NCBI GenBank assembly: GCA_965240325.2
Contig: OZ251231.1
Location: 2,480,001-2,544,000, forward strand
Source of the DNA: Rebecca billardiae RCC1528
Lineage: Eukaryota > Protista > Haptophyta
Length of the DNA stretch: 64,000 bases
Direction: 5' to 3'
Below, in pieces: positions 59,153 through 64,000 of the stretch. The notes beneath the pieces were generated by a model. The model was given only the letters and a program-made list of their open reading frames with translations. It was not told where the DNA came from and ran no database searches. Both the position numbers and the translations under genes were made by a program. Position 1 is the first letter of the stretch; the number at the start of each line of letters is the position of its first letter.

Positions 59153-59668
59153 TCACGGGGTGACACACCTCGGTCGGGCTCGGCACGCGTCGCAGAGGCA
59201 CGGCCAGCTCTGGGGACGTCGCGCACCACCGTCGCCCGCGCCGCAGCTCGTCCTCCTAGGTCCGCCCGTCCAGCGCTGCAGACAGACTCGCCGGCGCGGG
59301 CCGAGAGTGAGTGCCGCAAAGCGGCTGCCAGCTGTTGGGCCGGGTGAGGAGGAGGGAGGGAGCTGGCCTGCGGGGCGCGTGGTGAAGTCGGTGATCAGTC
59401 GCGTCGCGCTCCCCCTGGCGATTGCGCCCTCGTCCTCCAGCACGGTGCGGACCTTGCGAACGAAGTTGTAGATCGACCATTTGGGCACGTTGTACTTCAC
59501 GGCCGCAGAGGGCACGTCCTGCTCGTGCCTCACGACTGAGATGGCAGCAGCGATGCTCTGGAGCGTGCTCTTAGCCACCTTCTTCACTGCCCCGGATTCG
59601 AGCAGCACGTTCAATACGCGGCGAGCGCGGTCCTCGTCGGCGTCGCCAGCTGACGTGCTCGGCATCAT
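59153..59668 (-). mobile_element. Remnant ORF with psq/CENP-B-type helix-turn-helix (pogo/Tc1-mariner-like transposase N-terminus)
   Basis: IAAAISVVRHEQDVPSAAVKYNVPKWSIYNFVRK fits the HTH_psq pattern; no DDE domain follows. Confidence 0.5.
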
Positions 59669-59713
59669 GTCCACGTGAGCGCAAAAGTGGCCTCGAGCCT
59701 GCTCCTGGCTCGC

Positions 59714-60241
59714 CAGAGGGCAAAAGGCCAATAGCTACTCCCAATTCCCGAAGGCTGATGATGAATGCGCACACGTGCGCCTGATGAATATCGATGATAT
59801 TCTGCTCGACCCCGCCTAGCAGTCCATGAACCATATACATTATAATGTATGAAAACGAAGCGGTGCAAATGATGTTCTCCAGTATAGTGGATACGACCCC
59901 GACGAAGCGATTTTATGCCTGCGTGAACCATACATATGAATACGAAGCGCGGTGCAAATGTTCAGAGGGCAAAAGGCCAATAGCTACTCCCAATTCCCGA
60001 AGGCTGATGATGAATACGCACACGTGCGCCTGATGAATATCGATGATATTCTGCTCGACCCCGCCTAGCAGTCCATGAACCATATACATTATAATGTATG
60101 AAAACGAAGCGGTGCAAATGATGTTCTCCAGTATAGTGGATACGACCCCGACGAAGCGATTTTATGCCTGCGTGAACCATACATATGAATACGAAGCGCG
60201 GTGCAAATGTTCTCCAGTAGTGAATACGACCCCGACGAAGC
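59714..60241. repeat. 249-bp tandem duplication (59714-59962, 59963-60211) with internal ~90-bp subrepeats
   Basis: The units differ at one visible position (gaatgcgc vs gaatacgc). Submotifs gaaccata...acgaagc..ggtgcaaatg and atacgaccccgacgaagc recur. Confidence 0.93.
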
Positions 60242-60440
60242 CAATATATATCGGTTGGTTACTTCGCTGATCCCGTAAGGACGTGCAAAAATAGCCTCAA
60301 AGAAGCTGACGCTTGTATTGGACTTGTAACCGTCCTACTTCACACAGAAGTGAACTCTCACGCCCGGCCGTCCACGATTGATTAGGGGAATGTCGTGGAC
60401 GCGGTTTTTTTCTCCGTGATGCATCTGTAGAGAGGGTCTC

Positions 60441-60581
60441 AAAATTCGAAACTCGGTCTCCGCCAGCCCTAAAAATCGGCCCCCGCGTCCCTTTTTCTTG
60501 ATCAAAGATCTTTTTGAAACGTGGTTCCGGCCCGCTGGTGCGGGCTCCACGCTGCGCGCTCCGCCCTGCACCGCGGGCCAT
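60441..60581. repeat. Diverged ~140-bp repeat ending in a GC hairpin (other copy ~62236-62380)
   Basis: Shared cagccct.aaaatcg, aaagatctttttga and gggctccacgct.cgcgctccgccct.caccgcgggccat. Confidence 0.8.
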
Positions 60582-62424
60582 GACCGCGTTCCGCGGTCCT
60601 TCCGTAGAACCAACGTATAGTTAGGGGCCCGCGGTGCAACCTCCGTCGGCTGCTGTCGATCAGTCTGACTGACATGGCGGGCCGAGGACTGTCGCCGCGT
60701 GCCGCGTGGCAGGAAGCGCGGCCGCGCCGGGGCGGCGGGGCGGCGCGCGCGCGCAGGGCGTCGGCGAGAGGCGCCGCGCGGCGCGGGCCGGCGCGTGCGG
60801 GCGTGCGGGCGCACCTGCTTGAGGTGCTCGCGCTGCGCCATGGGCTCGACGACGGGCCGCTGGTCGCTCAGCCGGCGCGCCTCGTGCCGGCAGAGCGAGA
60901 GCGCGCGCCACTGCCAGCGGGCCACTGCTGCCCCGGCCTGCGCTGCGCAGCCGCGCACGGCCGATCGCCAGAGGCGAGACCGAGCGGAGCTCGGAGTGGA
61001 ACGAGGCGAGCGGCGCGTCGCGCCTGCCGCCGCGCGTGCGCGCCTGCTCCACCGCGCCGCCGTGCTCGCCCGCCGCCTCCTCGTCCGCCGCGTCGGCCTC
61101 GAAGCCACGGCGGCGGCCAGCCAGCGCGGCAGGCTGACAATCGGCAGCCCGTGGCCGTGCGTGCTCGCCGAGTTGCTGCTGCTGCACCTCCGGCGCGGTC
61201 GACGACCGAGTTGAGGAGGAGCTCGCGCTCGGCGTCGAGGAGCGAGCTCGCGAGCTCGAGCTCGCCCTTCAGCCGCGCTAGCTCCGGGCGCATCCGGCTC
61301 ATCTCCGCTGCGGCGTGCCGTCGCGGCTCGCTCCCGTCCAGGTCCTCATTCCTCAAGCGACGAGCTCGCGTAGTGCTCCGGACTCGGCTCGCCCTTGCGC
61401 GCTCCTCCTCGAGCGACGAACGCGCCCGCGGGCAGGTTGTTGGGCGCGCGCCGACTCGGCGTGACTCGGCCACGCGGCCCGGCAAGACGACACGGACCAG
61501 TGGGCGCGCTCGGTGAGAGCGGAGCGCGAGGGCCGGGCGAGACGGAGTAGACGCGGGGCCTGCGAGGCGACAGGCGCGCTCGAGGAGAGCAGAGTGCGAG
61601 GGCGAGAGGCAGCGGCCGGCCGGCCCCCGCCACCAGCCCACCGCCTCGCGCACCGCGGCGTACTGCGGCGGCACGCGCACGCACGGTCCCCGGTCCGCGT
61701 CAAGCAAGGGCTCGGCCACGTCGCGGCGTGCGCCGGCGCGTTCCGGCGCGAGTCGTCAAGGGCCTTGCCCCATAGTAGTGCAATTTCGTCTGCTGTATAT
61801 TCGTCACGAATACCCTACGGAGTGATCATCTTTTCAGTCTGCAGTGCGCCCTCTAGTGAGTAGTGGCTTCCGCGGGAACCATGTCCATTTACGACCATGC
61901 ACGTTCAACCGTATCGCGTCGCAAAAGTGATTGAACGGGAACCCCCTTGGTAGAATACCCTGCTATACTGTAGGACCCCCGTGCACATGCACTTTTAAAA
62001 AACACGTCCGGCCCTGGGTCCGGTTGGTCCCGCGGACTGGCGACCAAGTTTTGTTCCGTATGAATATTTACAACACATCGCAGCTATCAGATATTCGTTC
62101 ACTACCCAGATATACTGACAAATGCACGTTCACAGGCTCACGTCCGTCCATCGACTTATGCGGCCATGGCGCGGGCGCGCTTATTTCGTCAATCGCATCT
62201 TGCTAATGGAGAGTAATGGGCCAATGGACCCCTCGAAAAAGCGAAAACTCACCCTCCAACAGCCCTCAAAATCGTCCCCCGTCCCCTTTTCTGCTTTGAT
62301 CATAAAGATCTTTTTGACAACGTAGTGAGGGCCCCCGGCGGGGCTCCACGCTACGCGCTCCGCCCTACACCGCGGGCCATAATATGCCTCGTCATCGGTC
62401 GCGACTATATAATCACTACGACGC

Positions 62425-62504
62425 ATATATATATATATATATATATATAGTATATATATATACTATATATATTATCGATCATATATATATATATATATAT
62501 CATA
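62425..62504. repeat. Imperfect (TA)n microsatellite
   Basis: Direct inspection. Confidence 0.9.
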
Positions 62505-64000
62505 TCGTCGCAGCTATACTAGCAGCAGTCACATCGAATTCGATCTCAGAGTATAGACAATACGCCTACGGAATATTAATTGACCACCGCCTCGCGTCAT
62601 GACGACGATCGATATGATTATCACAGTAAAGAAATCGATTTTCGGCGTTAAACCCGTCCGCACTTCCGCCCAGTGGGGATGCGCTGGAATTTTTTTCATG
62701 CCCCGTTCGCGGCACTTCGCGCCGCGCACAGTGGAGAAAGATCGGGCCGGAAGCCGTTTGAGCATGGTCGGTCGTGCGCACGCCCATTCGAATCGATGGC
62801 GCGCTCCGAGCGGCGGGCGTGCGCGCATGACTGCCGCGAGGGGGGCTGCGAGGCGTCGGCCGGCTTGCCAAGGCGGTTCCCTGGGGCGGCGTCACCCTCC
62901 CCCGCCCCTCCTCGCCCACCCTCGCTCCACGGGCGGCCACACGTGACCTGTTGAGATGAGTTCACGGGGGCCGCGCGGCACGCGCGCGGAGAGGCGAGGA
63001 AGTGGTGTTTCGCGGAAAAGCGCAACGTCGCATTGTGATCAACCCATGTGGGCACCCGCTCCACACGTTTGTACGCATTCAAACCGCACACAGCGGCCTG
63101 AGCAGCTCCCAGACTGAGTTTCGCTCTTGAAGCCTGTTTTGGGGCCAGATCTTGGTGTGGATGTAGCGCGGCGAGGAGGCGCCGGGCGCGCGCCCGAGCT
63201 GCGTGCTGCCACTCGCCATGACCCATAGACATCGTCCGTCGCGAACGACCCGGCTCGCCTCGACCTCTCCGACCCGCCGGGCAGCCACGACCGAGCGCGC
63301 AGCCAACGGTGTCCAAACAGAGGCTTCTGCCTTCTCAGACCGCGTGGGATGGGCATAGGCGCGAGAGAGGGCGCCCAGCGCGCTCTTGAGATGCACAGGA
63401 GCACGCACTGATGCGTATGGAACCATCCCATCACGATCGCCCCGACCTGGCGCGCCCTATCTGGCCCGTCAGGCTGCCCGCGCCGCCGCCGCCGGGCCGC
63501 GCCGCCGCCACAGGCGCCGCCGCACCGCGGGCACATGGGTAAGTCCGTATTCAACAAATACAGAATTTCCGGTGCGGCCCTCTTTTGGGCGGCAAGGTCG
63601 GTCTGGTCGACACCTGCCGCGCGGCATGGGCCACGGCGCGGCGAGGTGGCGGCTGGCGCACCGCGGCGTGGGCGGGATGGCTCGAGGACACCACCGCCCC
63701 GCCTCCCACGCCGCGCCGTGCGCGTGCGCCGTGCTCTCGTCGCGTACCGATTTTCCTGCGACGAGCGACGTCCAACAGCGCGACCATGCCATCGCGCGAC
63801 GAGGTGCGTTCAGCTCGGCGATTTGTCGTATTTGTTGAATACATGCGGGTACGAATCGGCCGCAAGATGGCCTCGACGTACACGTCGAGAGCCACGCGCG
63901 CGGTGTGGAGTGGCACGCGACGCGGAGAGGGCGGGTGCGGTGCCGCGGGCGCGCGACTGGTCTAGAACATCCCAATGAAGCGCGGGACGGCGCTGCGCGC

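Noticed and set aside
59714-60241. Possible CRISPR-like array
   Set aside because: The sequences between repeats are themselves duplicated rather than unique spacers, there are no cas genes, and the context is eukaryotic.
60660-61719. Coiled-coil-like ORF fragments on the minus strand
   Set aside because: No domain, inconsistent frames and no convincing splice model; possibly a decayed gene but unsupported.

Overview
This is a eukaryotic nuclear segment, not a prokaryotic one. It has very GC-rich exons, 14 short GT-AG introns (95-174 nt) that I could place by restoring conserved motifs, microsatellites, and several signal or bipartite-type N-termini. The style fits a GC-rich alga with a complex plastid, such as a Pavlovales-type haptophyte (inference). 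About 1-53 kb is gene-dense. It encodes a RAP-domain protein, a hybrid histidine kinase, a RING-BRCT protein, a Rieske protein, an O-fucosyltransferase/GT8-like fusion, a Cys-Gly-Ser repeat + YHYH + DUF4239-like membrane protein, a GT10 fucosyltransferase, a RING-CH ligase, a JmjC oxygenase, fused TrpE-G, dihydroxyacetone kinase, an MFS transporter, two MDP-1 phosphatases, a sulfotransferase-like protein, a PLOD-type GT-like protein, an ankyrin protein, thiolase, a DEAD-box helicase, a histidine phosphatase and an EB1-like CH + multi-EF-hand protein. About 29-33 kb and 53.5-64 kb are repeat- or transposon-derived. They hold a ~280-bp-arm inverted repeat, Ulp1-like and HTH-psq remnants, tandem and dispersed repeats, and a second sulfotransferase-like ORF. 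A hAT-type MITE lies at 35.1-35.7 kb, and a 46-bp element occurs three times. The strongest novelty candidates are the Cys-rich/YHYH/DUF4239 protein and the EB1-like poly-EF-hand protein. All family calls come from motif recognition by eye; no database searches were run.
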